Shown: positions 24,373-37,600 of the stretch, piece after piece
How the letters are laid out: every line of letters begins with the position of its first letter
Numbering within the stretch: the stretch's first letter is position 1
Assembly (NCBI GenBank): GCA_035084275.1
Contig: CM068756.1
Location: 1,116,001-1,180,000, forward strand
Origin: Hydrolagus colliei
Lineage: Eukaryota
Reading direction: 5' to 3'
Length of the DNA stretch: 64,000 nt
Position numbers and translations under genes: made by a program
The notes under the pieces: generated by a model
Told to the model about the DNA's origin: nothing
The model's input: only the letters and a program-made list of their open reading frames with translations
The model's database searches: none

Positions 24373-24445
24373 CTTTCTTTTTATATAGACTCTCCTCTCT
24401 CTTTGACTCAAGCACCATCAAACTAACTGCATGTTCAGTCAGGAA
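24373..24445 (-). CDS. Candidate internal exon (FLTEHAVSLMVLESKREESLYKKK)
   Basis: Pyrimidine tract then AAAG|TTC, donor AAG|GTACAG. Only one frame is open. The phase-1 end does not match the next confident exon, so another exon would be required. Confidence 0.3.
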
Positions 24446-25081
24446 CTTTGTTTGAATTAAAGAAAGAATAAATAATTTCCATAATAGAAGACAGGTCTTT
24501 ATTAAGTTGCATATTTTTGCACATTATAACTAGTTTTTTTAATGGTTATCCGTTTCTTTGAGAGTTCTTCTTAAAGGCAGATGCCACTCACAATTTTTCT
24601 ACTTGGATCAACTTGTCAGAAGATGTACAGCCAGACAGCCCTATAAGGATGCCCCATATAATTTCTCCCCTTTCCTCCCCCTGGGTCAGTAGATGTGTGA
24701 CCTTCCTACACTGCACAAATAAATCTGACAGGTGATTGAATACTCCGGTGCTCTAATGCACAATACCACCTCAACCCAGTTAAATTAATGATTTCTTAGG
24801 AAAGAATATGGACTATTAATCTGCTTAAGTATGCATTGTGCGTGTGGACTCATTATGCACATAGCACAAATTAGGTCCTTGGTTGAATCCAGTTTTCATT
24901 AACCTGCTGCTAAGCCACCTTGATTGCACACACTGGAATATATGGATAACTGTCAAGAGAGAGCATATCATGAACAGCTAAACAGATGATATTGTAGTCA
25001 GTGGACCAACAATTTACACTTATAGAGGACCTTCCATGTCTGAAAAAATTTCAACATGATGAATAATGAAAGTTAGTAGCT

Positions 25082-25420
25082 ATAATAATCTTTACATTTG
25101 ATATAGCATCTTGATATAGCAACATCAAAATATATCAGAATCTTTCAGACTTTTCTGTAAAATGTAGTAACTGTAGTAAAATGTAGGCCCCAGTAGCACT
25201 GAAGCCACTGGTGCACAACATTGTTCCACAAACAGCCATATGAAGTGAATGATCAATTTATCTGGAGGATTATTGTCAGGATACCAGGAGAAACTTCCCT
25301 TTCTTTTGAAAATAGTTCCACAGGATATTTAATTCCACTGGAGGGTGCAGATATGATTTTAACATCTCATCAGCACCTTTGACAGTACAGCCCCAACATT
25401 GCACTAAAGTGTCAATCCAA
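25082..25420 (-). mobile_element. Old DeuSINE-like element
   Basis: Degenerate match to the 49080 and 55780 copies. Confidence 0.5.
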
Positions 25421-25746
25421 ACCAGTGGTGGCCAACCATTTTGGTAAATCACTAGCTGGTTGTTTGATATCCAACAAGCAATAAAATAAGATAATAGGAT
25501 AATTCACAATTTTACAAATCACATTTTTTGTTAACCTAACAGCATCTGAACACAGTGAGTCTAATTCTTTTCAAGATGCAAGACTTTGTTGAAAGAGCAG
25601 GTAATCTATACTTTACTTTAATGTCCAAAGAAGTAAATTATAAGCAAAGAAAAACTACTGGGGTAAATACACTGCATAATCTTTTCTTCAAAACTGCAAA
25701 TGTGTAGAACCTGTGCTGGTGAATAACAAGTCCAAGAACTCCGTCA

Positions 25747-26036
25747 AACAACAACAACAACAACAAATTACATTTATAGAGCGCCTTTCACGTTGGGAGG
25801 ACGTCCCAAGGCGCTGCACAGGAGGCGTGTGACCCGAGCTGAGAGGGGAGTGTTTGGGAAGGGGTAAAACACGAAGGGGAGGTAAAAGAGTTCGGGATGG
25901 AACAAAAGGCACGATCGAAGAGGAAAGTCTTCAAACCGGCCTTGAAAGAGGAAAGGGAAGAAACGAGACGGAGGGATTGAGGGATGGCATTCCATAGGGT
26001 GGGAGCGGAGAAACTGAAGGCCCGGCCTCCGATGCT
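25747..26036 (-). mobile_element. L2 LINE 3' fragment
   Basis: Encodes IGGRAFSFSAPTLWNAIPQSLRLVSSLSSFKAGLKTFLF (L2 ORF2 C-terminus) and has a (TTG)n tail. Confidence 0.9.
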
Positions 26037-26862
26037 GTAATAAAAAAGCATTTTTATTACAGCTAACTTTCTAAATGACAAAGTGTTTTAAAAACAAAGT
26101 CACCCAGGGACAGAATAATAAGACTCAAATCTTCTGTATAATAATTTCCAGGTTTAATAAATTGTACCATACCACTTTTCTGAGTTATACATAAACAGTT
26201 ATTTTTCATGTGGTATATTGTGCAATATTCATTAAGTTAGCTCTAAATTTATGCCAAATCACTGAATATTTTTTCAGCATATGAGGAAACAAATCTTGTT
26301 TCTGGCCTTCCATTTATTACTGGATTGTGAAATATTTATTTTACTGTGCTAGGTAGTGTGAAAAAAATAATATAAGATATAACTTAAGAAATTCCCCTGC
26401 AGGATTCATTATTTCATTCACTTTAATGTAATTTGTTCCTTTGTGAATAATGTTTTGCGATATGGACAGAAACGGGCATACTCAGCTAATAATCGTTGAT
26501 CAATGCTACCAATTATCACTGACTGTCGTCTGACACTTTGCCTGATTGTGCAGCACTGAACAGCACCAAGGCGAGGTAATAATACAAAGTAGAGTAATTA
26601 TATAAAAATGCTAAAGATTTTACATCCATTATTTGCTGAGCCCACTGGGCTTATTTTTCAGCAGCCTTGGAGATAGCCTTTGAGGGTGCTCACTGGAAAG
26701 AAAAAAAACTCCACAGAAATCAGAAAATTATATCCATTATTGAGTGATTAAAAGGTGCAGACATAACCACAGTCATCACAAAGAAAAACTTACAGCAATT
26801 TCTTTGGCCAGATTTTCTTTTGTTGCAAGTAGGGTACTGTTCTCCTCCTTGTACTCAGTTAC

Positions 26863-26877
26863 CTTAGCAACATGCTC
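26863..26877 (-). CDS. Candidate 15-nt microexon (EHVAK)
   Basis: TTCTTTATGTGACAG|GAGCATGTTGCTAAG|GTAACT. Phase 0 to 0 and compatible with exon 3. Splice-signal evidence only. Confidence 0.3.
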
Positions 26878-28172
26878 CTGTCACATAAAGAATATTGAAT
26901 AGATATGATTATTCGCTGTGTATTTTAAAAACCGTCTCATTTCAGCATTGAAATTCATTATTTCTGGAAGGATTTTACATAATTTGCAGAAAATTAATCA
27001 ATAGAAGATTTTTTTCCCCACAGGAAATTGTTTTACCCCCAGACAAAATTAAAGCAGTTCCAGGGCTAACATATATATATATTTATATATATTCTGTGAC
27101 AATCCTTTTTCCTAACAGATTTTGTCATTTGCTGAAGTTAACATTAATTACCTGCAAAGAAAAATACAGATAGATATATCTGAGATGGGATTCGAGACTT
27201 AAACATATGATGTATATACATTGACAAAGCATAGTTGATTTTTTTCAATTTCTTGATGTTCAAAAGAAATCAACGGTAACCAGATTCCCCTTCAAGCAAC
27301 AGCAGCAAATCCAGAGGGGCTAGCTTTAAACTTTCTTGTCCTCTATGGTGAGGATAATTCAGATCTCTCTAAAATTCAGTTACATAATTCCAATATAGAC
27401 TTCTGTGCAGCATTACCTTTTACTGTAAAGTCTGTAGTGTGGTTACACAGCTCAATTGAATATTGATTTCAGAAATACTTTTGTAACTTTTGCAATTTCT
27501 GATCATCGTGCATCTTAAGTGTGCCACATTTTGTGAGCCGTCACACATTTAAAGTCTTTGCAGGGAGAAACTGATTTGGTTATTATAATAATAATCATTA
27601 TTATTCACTTTTAAGAGAAAGGTATCTGACAAACAATCCTCCAGACAAACTGGGTGCTACATTTGCCTACAAATACACAGCCCACTTATTAGAAACATGA
27701 AGCATTTTGTGTGGATTTGATGTCCTAGGCAAGAATTATTTGAAAATCAATCATGGAAAGATTTAAGAGGTGACTGACAACAAGCTGATGTGGTGTCAAC
27801 ATTGGTTCCTCTTCCATGGAATGAGAATCAATGATAAACGTTACTCTAATGGATTTAGTTCAATGGGAAGAAGAAAGCCACTGTGTGTGCACTAGAACCT
27901 GAGTCCAAGCTCAAGTTGAATTAACACTGATTCATTTTCTAAACGTTTCCGGGAACAACACAAGCAAAGGTCAACAAATGGACACTTAATATTTCTGGGG
28001 AGGATGGGAATATCACCCACATGGATGACAACCCTTGGTTCATTCTTGAAAACAATTAGTGGAGCTCAGCAGTTTACTCAGGGACTCCTACATAGCTGTT
28101 GCAAGAATGCCATTTAGCATAGCTTTATGTCTTCAGCATTTGTCTGATTTGCAGTTCAGCAGCTAACAAGAT

Positions 28173-28191
28173 ATGCCACAAGAGGGCAGAT
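28173..28191 (+). promoter_or_regulatory. CTCF-like site
   Basis: TGCCACAAGAGGGCAG closely matches the CTCF core consensus. Confidence 0.5.
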
Positions 28192-28654
28192 TCTCCTTGA
28201 GACCAAGATGTCATAAACTGTTAAAGCTTCTAGAAATGTCAAGATCTAACAATGTCATGGTCTATTTCTGGACAACATTGAGAATATTTTCAATCCAAAA
28301 TGGGTGAACAAAGAGCAGGTCATTGTGATTGGGACCTTTTTACAGCACGTAACCGACCTTTGACACAACTAGCACTATGTAGCTATTGAGGTTTGATTCC
28401 TTTTGGCAGATAGGGATTATATCTAGCTTTCACTAAAATGGAACAATGCTATGACAGACATTTGGAAGTAATCTTACTTTTTTTCTAAAAGAAACTAACG
28501 ATCCTTGGTTACCAGATATTTAATCTACTTTTGTTAAAGTCACAAAATCTATTTCATTGGTCACTTAATCCTTTCTGTGCTATGAATGTGTTTATTTGCT
28601 CGGATAATGATAAATACACTTATTTGAGTTGTACACAGCGATGCACATTTCCAC

Positions 28655-28990
28655 CTGACTGAGCCAATCCGTAACCTTGACATCTTTTTTGACCCTCAAC
28701 TCTCCTTTCCACCCCACATCCCTGCCATGACCCGCTTTGCCTTCCCCCAGCTCCACAACATTTCCTTGCTCCGCCACTATCTCTCCCCTCAGGCTACCAA
28801 AACCCTCCTCCACACATCTGTCACATCTAGGCTCAACCATGCCAACTCCCTGCTTGTCAGCCTTCCCAACTCTTCCCTCCACAAGCTGCTTATCATCCAG
28901 AACTCTGCAGCTCATGTCCTCTCCCGCACCAGTCTCCATGATGCTATCAACTCCACCCTCGCCAGGCTCCACTGGCTCCCTATCTATTAG
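28655..28990 (+). mobile_element. L2 RT fragment
   Basis: Translates ...LLHTSVTSRLNHANSLLVSLP...IQNSAAHVL...LHWLP, the L2 ORF2 motif. Confidence 0.85.
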
Positions 28991-29411
28991 CACCTATTTC
29001 TCTCTGGGTGATATAAAAAGCTCCATTTGAAACAATAGCACTGGATGCACAGTTGACAAAACTTAGCTGGAAGCTGAATAACTTCCAAATTATGGAGATG
29101 CATTGCCGATGTGATTTGGGTTATAGAAGAACAATGACCAAGAAACAAAGGACACAAGCAGTTATTTATTTAGCTTGCAATATTTGTTATTTACATTCCA
29201 ACTTGTATTCTGCAATTTGATTTTTTTTAAATTTAGAGTTAAATTGATGGTATTTTCAACTAGACATTGCAAACCCGAGAACTTCAATTAAAAAACTAAA
29301 ATGAACGGGAGGAACTTTTTTTTAAAAAAAAGGGTTGAATTCAATACCAACAAAGAACAAGGTAGGACTAAGTTTAGGAAAACAAAGGGTAGTGATATGT
29401 AAGAAAGAAAG

Positions 29412-29520
29412 ATAATAATAATCCTTGTATTTGATATAATGCCTTATCATGTCTTTGAGATCTCAAAGTGCTTCAAAGAATATACCGTAAAGTGAATTGA
29501 CCATATTTTGTGGGTGAAAT
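29412..29520 (-). mobile_element. SINE 3' fragment
   Basis: ATAATAATAATCCTTGTATTTGATATA...CTCAAAGTGCTTCA. Confidence 0.7.
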
Positions 29521-31199
29521 ATTGCTTTTCAATTCATTCTTTTTATTTCGAAGTATAGGATGATTGGCTAAAGAGACACTAATAAAGAAATTGTCAAAAG
29601 GATCAGAAGAGTTGGCTTCATATTTTTTTGAAAAAATGTTCCCCTGGAGTAATCAAGACTGATCTCATTCAAGCGTTCAGAAAACTTCATAGATGTCAAG
29701 CAATTTACAACTATCAGGCGAACCCTCGGATGAGATTACTTCCTTATGATCAATTCCATTAAAAATAATATACACTGTGGTTCATGGGGCAGTTTTAACC
29801 ATTTTCCGTTACTTTTTTCTTCCTACCAACAGCCACTATTGACAAATGGAACAGTAACAAATGTAACATAATCACTGCAAGCCTTACTATGATAATCAGC
29901 ATCTGAATATAAACTGAAAACACCATTTCCCAGCAAAAGAATAAATAAAATGGTTAGCAATGAAAAATAACAAAGCGAAATATGGAATAGGCATAACAGA
30001 TGGGTAAGAAGATAAACAAAAAGACAATAATGCCAACACACGACATATGAACCAAAACTACAGATAGAAACCCAAAACAGTTGTAATTCACAATGAAATT
30101 CATTCGTAATGCAACCAAGGAAAGGAATCTTGTTCTACATTGCAGTATAATGCGGTTATTCTTAATGGTCTATTGTGCATATCTGAGTAACCTATAAATA
30201 CAGCCCAGTGTCATACCACATATGCAAATTCAAATGCAAGAATTTGTACATTTGATCCTCAGCATATTGCTTCTATCTTCTATCATAGATGTTCTACACC
30301 AATTGAATGATCCTGTAGCATTAGAAAGGGGGGCAGGAGATGAGACTTCCTCCCGACCTGAAAGGCGCTCTATCAATAGAATTTTGTTGTTGTTGTTGTT
30401 GTCCATAATCTGAGTTCCTCATGTCAAATAAGACTTGCTTATTAACAAATAAATTGCTTGTTCATTCAAAAATATGTAGATTGATATATGGTGCTGGATC
30501 AATTAATTTTCCTATTTAAAAAGCACATCATGATGATCATCATTAGATTCGGGTGTAACACTTGAATTGTGGAAGGTGATCGTTTTCCTGGAGGATCACT
30601 TTTACCTTCATCACTTCATTATGCACATTGAACCAAGAGGATCATCACAGTACAATAATATCTAATATTAGATCAATGATTTCTGACAAGCCAACTGCTT
30701 AAGATTTTATTTAATATTAATATTGCTGATAAATTACACTAAAAAATAGCAATAGTTAGCTGAAAGCAGGTACTAAAGCTCCCAATTTCAAGGATGAGCT
30801 CAACTGCCACAATTCAAATATTATGTCAATTTAAATGTTTAATTGTCATAATGAACATTTAGTATGTTTTATAATGATACAGGCAACCTTGGGCTATTTA
30901 AACAAGGTACTCTCAAGTTTCCTATTTCAATAAAGTATGGCAGAACATTGCTAATAACCATATTAGCAGGCAGAGTAATGAAAGCAAGGTAACAAATTGG
31001 CAAAAAGAAAAAGCATTAATCTGAGCCAAAAGCCCACCTTCCTAGAATAAGTGTGGAGGATCAAAATTGGCTCCACATACAAGTTCTTAAAACATGCCAT
31101 CAAGCAACCGCATTATATGAATTTGAAAATTGTCCTAATTATGGTTAATTATAATGAACACTTCAGTGTTTTGTAGGAGTGTGCCTTGGGCTCTTACAA

Positions 31200-31600
31200 G
31201 CTCTCTGCATACTTGTCATATCATAAAAACTACTAACGACACCAAGCGCTGGTGACAAGTACAAGGGAGATTGGTAGCATTGAATGATTTGGACCATTGA
31301 AGTGAATAAGCTGAGGAAAGGCAGATGGATTTAAATGTAGATAAACGCAAAGCTAAGCATATTGAACACAAAATATAGGCACACAATGGAGATGTCAATT
31401 GCAAAGGTCGAAAGGATTTAGGCATAATTCACAGAAAATATCCAATCAATGGGAAGCTAGTAAGACTAATGAAATACATCTCAGAGAATCAAATACGTGT
31501 TTGCAATTTATCCAGATCATTTGATACTGTAAGTAATTTTCAGTACCTTACATTCAAAATATGAGTGCTTTGGAAAATGTTCAAACAAAAATAAAATGAA
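31200..31600 (+). mobile_element. Highly decayed CR1 RT fragment
   Basis: Residual GAAAGGATTTAGGCATAATT... similarity to CR1 ORF2, with many stops. Confidence 0.35.
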
Positions 31601-32671
31601 AATTCTTCCGTTCCAAATTATGTAGAGCACCAAATCAAAATAAACTGGTTTTCAGTGAGAAAAAGCATTACTGACTCAAATTGCAAACATTTAAAAACAC
31701 GGCAGAAAAAAAGGGCAATCTTCACATTAAGCTTGCACCTTGTACAGACCAAACTGCCCTCAGATTAATTCTACTGTACTTGGTCACTCACCTAAGAGAT
31801 AGTGCTGTAAAACTTCCTGTTCATATAATAGTTGAGCAAGACTCAACAACAGCTATCAACAATTATACTTTCTGACATTGCCGTAGCGCCAACAAGCAAA
31901 ATGCCCACTGTATTCAATCTTTATCTGTACATATTCCTTGAGCCTTCAGTTGCATTCTTATATCATTGCTGAAAATACCAAGACAAATTGGTAATGTGGA
32001 TGGAACTAGAGATCAAGTGCAAAGCTGAACAAGCCTCAAATGGATCAAGAGCAAACTATACATTTCTCAAGTAAACTTCAAGCAAAAATTAGCTAAATGT
32101 ACGTTAACCATTTTGAAAAGCTGTTTTAGCACAAGTTTAAAGGAAAAGTAAGAATAATACTTGAATAATAAATTGACATATGTTCTAGATGTTCTCAAAC
32201 GTACTTTTAACAGATGAGTTTTACAAAGTATTGGTTGGGTTTGGTGAGGATACTGTTGATGAAGATTGTACATAGTTTTCAGACTTCACTGGTAAGATGT
32301 CTATTCCATGTGATCTAGTCTCACAAAGCTTGCAATTGGAAAATGTTAAATTGACTTTTTAAAAATTATATAATACACAATAAGAAGGAATTACATAATT
32401 ATATTTTCTTTTCAAAACTTCCTTAAGGACTGTAAATGGCAGAATATTTGAAGCATTTTTCAAAGAGTTGGCACAGACATAATGGGCTGAATAGGCTCCT
32501 TCGGTACTGTATAATTCTATGCTACTATGATTCATTTAGAAATGCATGCGCATCATCATTATTATTATTATTCTTATTTGCACACAGTAAAATGTTTACA
32601 AACTTCAAGAATCATAATGATAAATTTAATATTTCCAAAGTACGGTACACAGGTTTCAATGTTTCGCTTAC

Positions 32672-32800
32672 CTGTAGCTCTGTCTGCAGAGCAGTTACTT
32701 TTCTGTTCGCTTCCCTTTCAAGTTCCTCCATTGTCTGAAGCAGAACATCATTTTGTTCACACAGGTCATTGATATAAGTCTGCATGATCTGCACCTTTAA
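32672..32800 (-). CDS. Coding exon 3 (LKVQIMQTYINDLCEQNDVLLQTMEELEREANRKVTALQTELQ)
   Basis: Acceptor CTTTGTTTAG|TTA and donor CAG|GTAAGC. 129 nt, phase 0 to 0, in frame with exon 2. Clear heptad coiled-coil pattern. A PMFBP1/CCDC-like identity is only a guess. Confidence 0.88.
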
Positions 32801-34059
32801 CTAAACAAAGCAGTTTGGGGGTTGGGGGGGGGGAAATACTGAATTAGTGATCATTTTCTTTCTTGAGAATACTACATTTGTGTTGGTCTTCAAATAATAA
32901 GATAAAAGTACCATCATAACTAAAGACATAGCTGAAGACATGGGCATGAATGGTGACATGGAAAGAGTAAACCAGAATTGGAGATTGCAGGGCTGGATGA
33001 GATTGTATAAGTGCTGTATGGAGGATTGTGAATTTGAAGATTTGGGTAAAGATTTTTTAGTAAATCTAATGGGTACTAGGACTGAGAACACACACTAACA
33101 TAGAGCAAAGTACAGTATTTGTACTTTGTACATACACAAAAACTACTCTGCTATTGTAAGTGACAATACATTTTAAAAAAATAATAATAAAATACTGTGT
33201 ACTCATTATTAGGTTAATATACCTCACACAAGTGAGTATTTGAAATATAAAACGAATACCAGATGGGAAAAGCAAGTTTTTGTTCAGTAGTGAAGTACTG
33301 GAAGCTCAGGATAAGTTCCATTTGACTATTTTTGTATTTAGCATTTCCTATAGGTAAAGGAATGTTTTTAAGGCTGTAAATGTTAATTAATAGAAATCCT
33401 TCTCTCATAGTTAAATGTACAGTCTGAGTGAAACAATCATTTATAATGCCCAAATTCTAAAGTAAATCCACATCCAAGTATTTAAGGGAAGTCATGCAAA
33501 CTATTGTGGAAAACCTATAAATGTACGAACCATGTTACAAAACTGATTTAATTTTTAAATAATTATAATTGACTTAAGGGACATAATCTGTAATTCCATC
33601 ATTTGGAATTACTTGCCATTTCTAGTAAGTGCAAAAGCAACACACTAGAAGTGTCTGTGCTTATCAAGAAGCCAATCTATATAAATTAATGTTTCCAATG
33701 TATGCATCATTTACACATAAATGGCCTGAAATAACATTCATGAACATGTTTAACTTTTTAATACAAGTATACTACATAAATATAACTTACTAGTACATGC
33801 ACACACAGCTGTTGGCAATTATAAAGATCAAATGGCACCCCAGACGTTTAACTTAAAAATGCTAAGAAACATTAATCGTGCAGTCATTCATGAAACTTTG
33901 TGTTTGTAACTTTGTGAACTTGTTTAATGAGCACAATCTAAATATGCCAATAACATTCATCTGTTTAATAACACTGCCATATACTGAAAGTCATTTTTTA
34001 TATAACATTGCAATATTGCAATAGGTTAGTGAAAAGAAAAACACTTCATTGCACTACAG

Positions 34060-34495
34060 CAGATCGATTCAAGGCCGTTACCCTCACCTACAAATCATTC
34101 CACTCGCTGACACTTCTTTATATCTGTGATCTTCTTATCCTACTCCTCTGTTCATTCCCTCCACTGAGCTAAGTCAGGCTTGCTCTACAACTGCGCTCTT
34201 CCCACAACACCATTGGTGACTTCAGTTCCATAACCTCTGGAACTCCCTCCATGATTCTGTCTTGCCCCCTCTCTTTGTGTCTTTCAATCCCACTTTAAAT
34301 CCTACCTTTTTAATGGTGCGCCTGCCCCTTCCCCATTCTTCCAAGGAATCGCATCTAGTGAAACAGAAGTGCTTGGACACTCAAGCAACTCTTCCTGTAA
34401 CTTGTCTATCTACAACAACAACAACAACATGCAGTTATATAGCGCCCTTCACGCGTCCCAGAACGCTCCACAGTGGCTGACATCGAGCCAGGTGA
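34060..34495. mobile_element. Decayed L2 fragment (+, 34060-34330) and L2 tail (-, 34412-34495)
   Basis: TTCAAGGCCGTTACCCTCACCTACAAA...CTCTGGAACTCCCTC, followed by an (AAC)n tail copy. Confidence 0.6.
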
Positions 34496-34779
34496 AAACA
34501 TTCTTTTTCATCTAAACTGAACATTGAAAACAATCCATATGAACATTAAAAGAATTCAATGTAAAATACCAATTAATTTTTCTCTTCCCTCTATAATTGT
34601 ACCTTTTTTTCTATGATTTGCCCTTCCTAAAATGGGGAAATAGATTATCTACCTCTTTCCCCTACCATGCCAAGCAGAAGCATTTTTCAGCATAAAGACA
34701 TACTGTATCACTGTATCACCTACTTTACTGGACCACATTGCTTTTCTGGAAGTTGTAGATTCTTGATACAGTTGTAACA

Positions 34780-35476
34780 CAGTCACCAACTCCACGCTCA
34801 ACTCTCCTCGCACTCTCTTTTTGAACCTCTCCAGTCCAGTTTCCGCCCTGTACAGAGACTGCGCTTATGAAAGTCACAAACAATGTCCTCTATCTGTGAC
34901 CAGGGCTCCCTCTGCCTCCTTATCTCTGGCCATATCTCGCCCCAAGAGCTGCTGAAACCCTGGTCCACGCCTCTGTCACCTCTCAGCTGGACTATTCCAA
35001 TGCCCTCCTTGCTGGTCTCCCCTCCACTACAATCCATAAAATCCAACTCATTCAAAACTCTGCCACCCACATTCTCACCTGCACCAAACTTCGCTCCCCC
35101 ATTACCCCAGTCTTTGCCAGTCTTCACTGGCTCTCTCTCCCAGAGAGGATTGACTTCAAGATCCTCACCCTTGTTTTCAAATCCCTCCACTCCTCTGCAC
35201 CCCCCTACCTCTCCAACCTCAAACCAGCACCCGATACCTTCACTCTACCGGGTCTGGTCTCCTCCTTGTCCCCCGAATCTTCCAGTCCACCATCGGCAGC
35301 CGTGCCTTCAGCCACTACACCCCAAGGCTCTGGAACTCCCTTCCTCACTCCCTTCGCCTCGCCCCCTCTCTCCCCAGTTTCAGGTCTCAGCTAAAGACCT
35401 TTCTCTTTGACCGTGCCTTTGGTCACCTTTCTACCCCTGCCCCTGGGTGTCCTGGACTTGTTGTTGTTGTTGTTGT
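34780..35476 (+). mobile_element. L2 LINE 3' fragment with internal deletions
   Basis: LDYSNALLAGLP...IQNSA...LHWL-like motifs and a (TTG)n tail at 35458-35476. Confidence 0.85.
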
Positions 35477-37489
35477 ATAAGCTATCTTTAACACTAAAGA
35501 TGCAAGAGAAATCTGACTACAAATTAATTTTTTGTAGATTAAAAAAAACCAAAGTAAATTTTGGTGTAACATCAGACTGTTTCATTACTTGATTCTACTT
35601 CAGAAATAAAGGAAATTATATGAACGGGACAAATTGTTGACCTATGCCTCTTCCTATTCTCTACCCTCAACAGTTCCACGTTTCATATATCAAATTTGAT
35701 ATTTCTTTGCCATCAGATCTTACTCCAAAAAAGGTATAAATTTGAAAATTAAATAAGCAATATACTGTATATTGATTCCTTTTTTTTAATCATTTAGCTA
35801 TTGTGTGGGATCATATAACCACATATTAGGTACAAATGAAATCCTGTCTTAGCACATTACCCTGTAACTTTGCAATTTTCCCTGAAAGCCAAGGGCAGAG
35901 TTGCATTCATTTTCAGGCCCATTTCCTCAAATGATTAGACGATCAATCAATCCAGCCATCAATCTCTGTAGGCAGCCAGGATTATCTATCCATCTTTCAT
36001 ATACCGTAGCATTAAGATCAGATCAGGTATCAGAACTAATAGGAACACCATGTTAAAGCACTTAAACAGCTCGACCAAGTATCTTTCATTCATCTCCATG
36101 GAAAAGAATGAAGCGAACCCATTTATCTGTTAAAATAATCATTGTCTTCTTCCTCATTTTAACCCTTTGATAAAATTATCTGCTGGTGTGAATGAACCCT
36201 ATATAAGATTCAGTAATTCTCAAAACAGATTTGTTAGGTATTTATTAAATATTTCATCTATTTATAAGTAGTCAGAATACTCATGGTGTTGAACATGTTA
36301 GATGTCTAATCATAAAATTATATAGATTAACCACTGAACATATTACTGATCCCTTCCTTCTCTTCACAAGGCTTCTGTATCATGAAAACATTAAAATCCA
36401 TGAGAATTTAATAATCCTGGCATCTATCCGCAGTACAATAGATTTTTTAAAAAGGAAATCGTGACCCTAATATTTTCTTCCCTAGTCAACAACAATAACT
36501 GTTAACAGGAAAAGTGATCTAACTAATGGCACAAATATTTGGCACGTATCTTAGCAGTACTGTTGGCTAACAAGAAATCCAAGTCAACACCCTGCAAATA
36601 GTTCGGTCATTCAATAACAACATTGGTTCACTGCTAAACTGACAGAAATATTAATTTTTTCATAACTGCATCCCTACCCTTTGAAAAATGCTGCATTGTT
36701 GCCATCACAGACACCTTGTAGATGGATTTAATCGTCTACATTTAATCAGAACACAAAATTCTACTTCTAAAGTAAGATGAGTCTCTTACTGCGCTGTAGC
36801 ACTAGAAAACAGTATATAGATGCTATGCGATGTTACATAATTTTAAAACTAATCAACAGTGAACCCTTCTGGATGTAAACCATACCCTTTCTTATTTGTT
36901 CTAATCCAAATATGAGTCATTGTATTATGTATTAAAGCTTCACCATTTACAGTAACTTAAAGACTACCTGGACAAACACATCTTTGGCAATCAATCCCTG
37001 AGGAGAACAGCACTTCCACACTAAAATTGTTGGAACAGCTGAATAGATTTGTGGTCAAAGTTCACCACATAGTACTGTAACATACAGAGACTAGAAACAT
37101 GCATGAATTCGCATGAAGAGTTAGTGACAGCATGTCACTAACTTTATGAACTTTATGAATAGATGAATAAATATTACTCTCAATACTACATTTCACCTGT
37201 GGAAGTGCAATCCCAAAGCAAACCAGATTTGAACAAATCTCTTCAAAAATATTCAAGGCTCTCAAATAGTATATTGGTTCTAAAGTCCTTGATATAAACG
37301 TAAAACAATCCTTCATTTCTTTTCAAAAAATTCATGGACCAAAAATCCATGATCCTGTTAACTCTGCACATAAAAGAAACTGTCTTCAAGAATAGTCCAA
37401 TTCACTCTATTGCAGGACTTTTCTGTTAAACTGAAAAATTCCCCAAAGATATGGCTTTGAAAAATGAGACTTTCCTATTTCCTATTTAT

Positions 37490-37600
37490 TTCTCCCACAA
37501 ATATACAGTCAATTCACTTCACGGTAAATTCTGTGAAGCACTTTTAGACATCTAAAAGACATAAAAATCACTATATCAAATACAAGGATTATTATTATTA
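37490..37600 (+). mobile_element. SINE 3' fragment
   Basis: CCCACAAATATACAGTCAATTCACTTCAC...GGATTATTATTATT. Confidence 0.75.

Noticed and set aside
31791-31968. Minus-strand segment with a good acceptor (TATTTTCAG) and donor (GTGAGT)
   Set aside because: Stops occur in all three frames, so it could only be non-coding or a poison exon.
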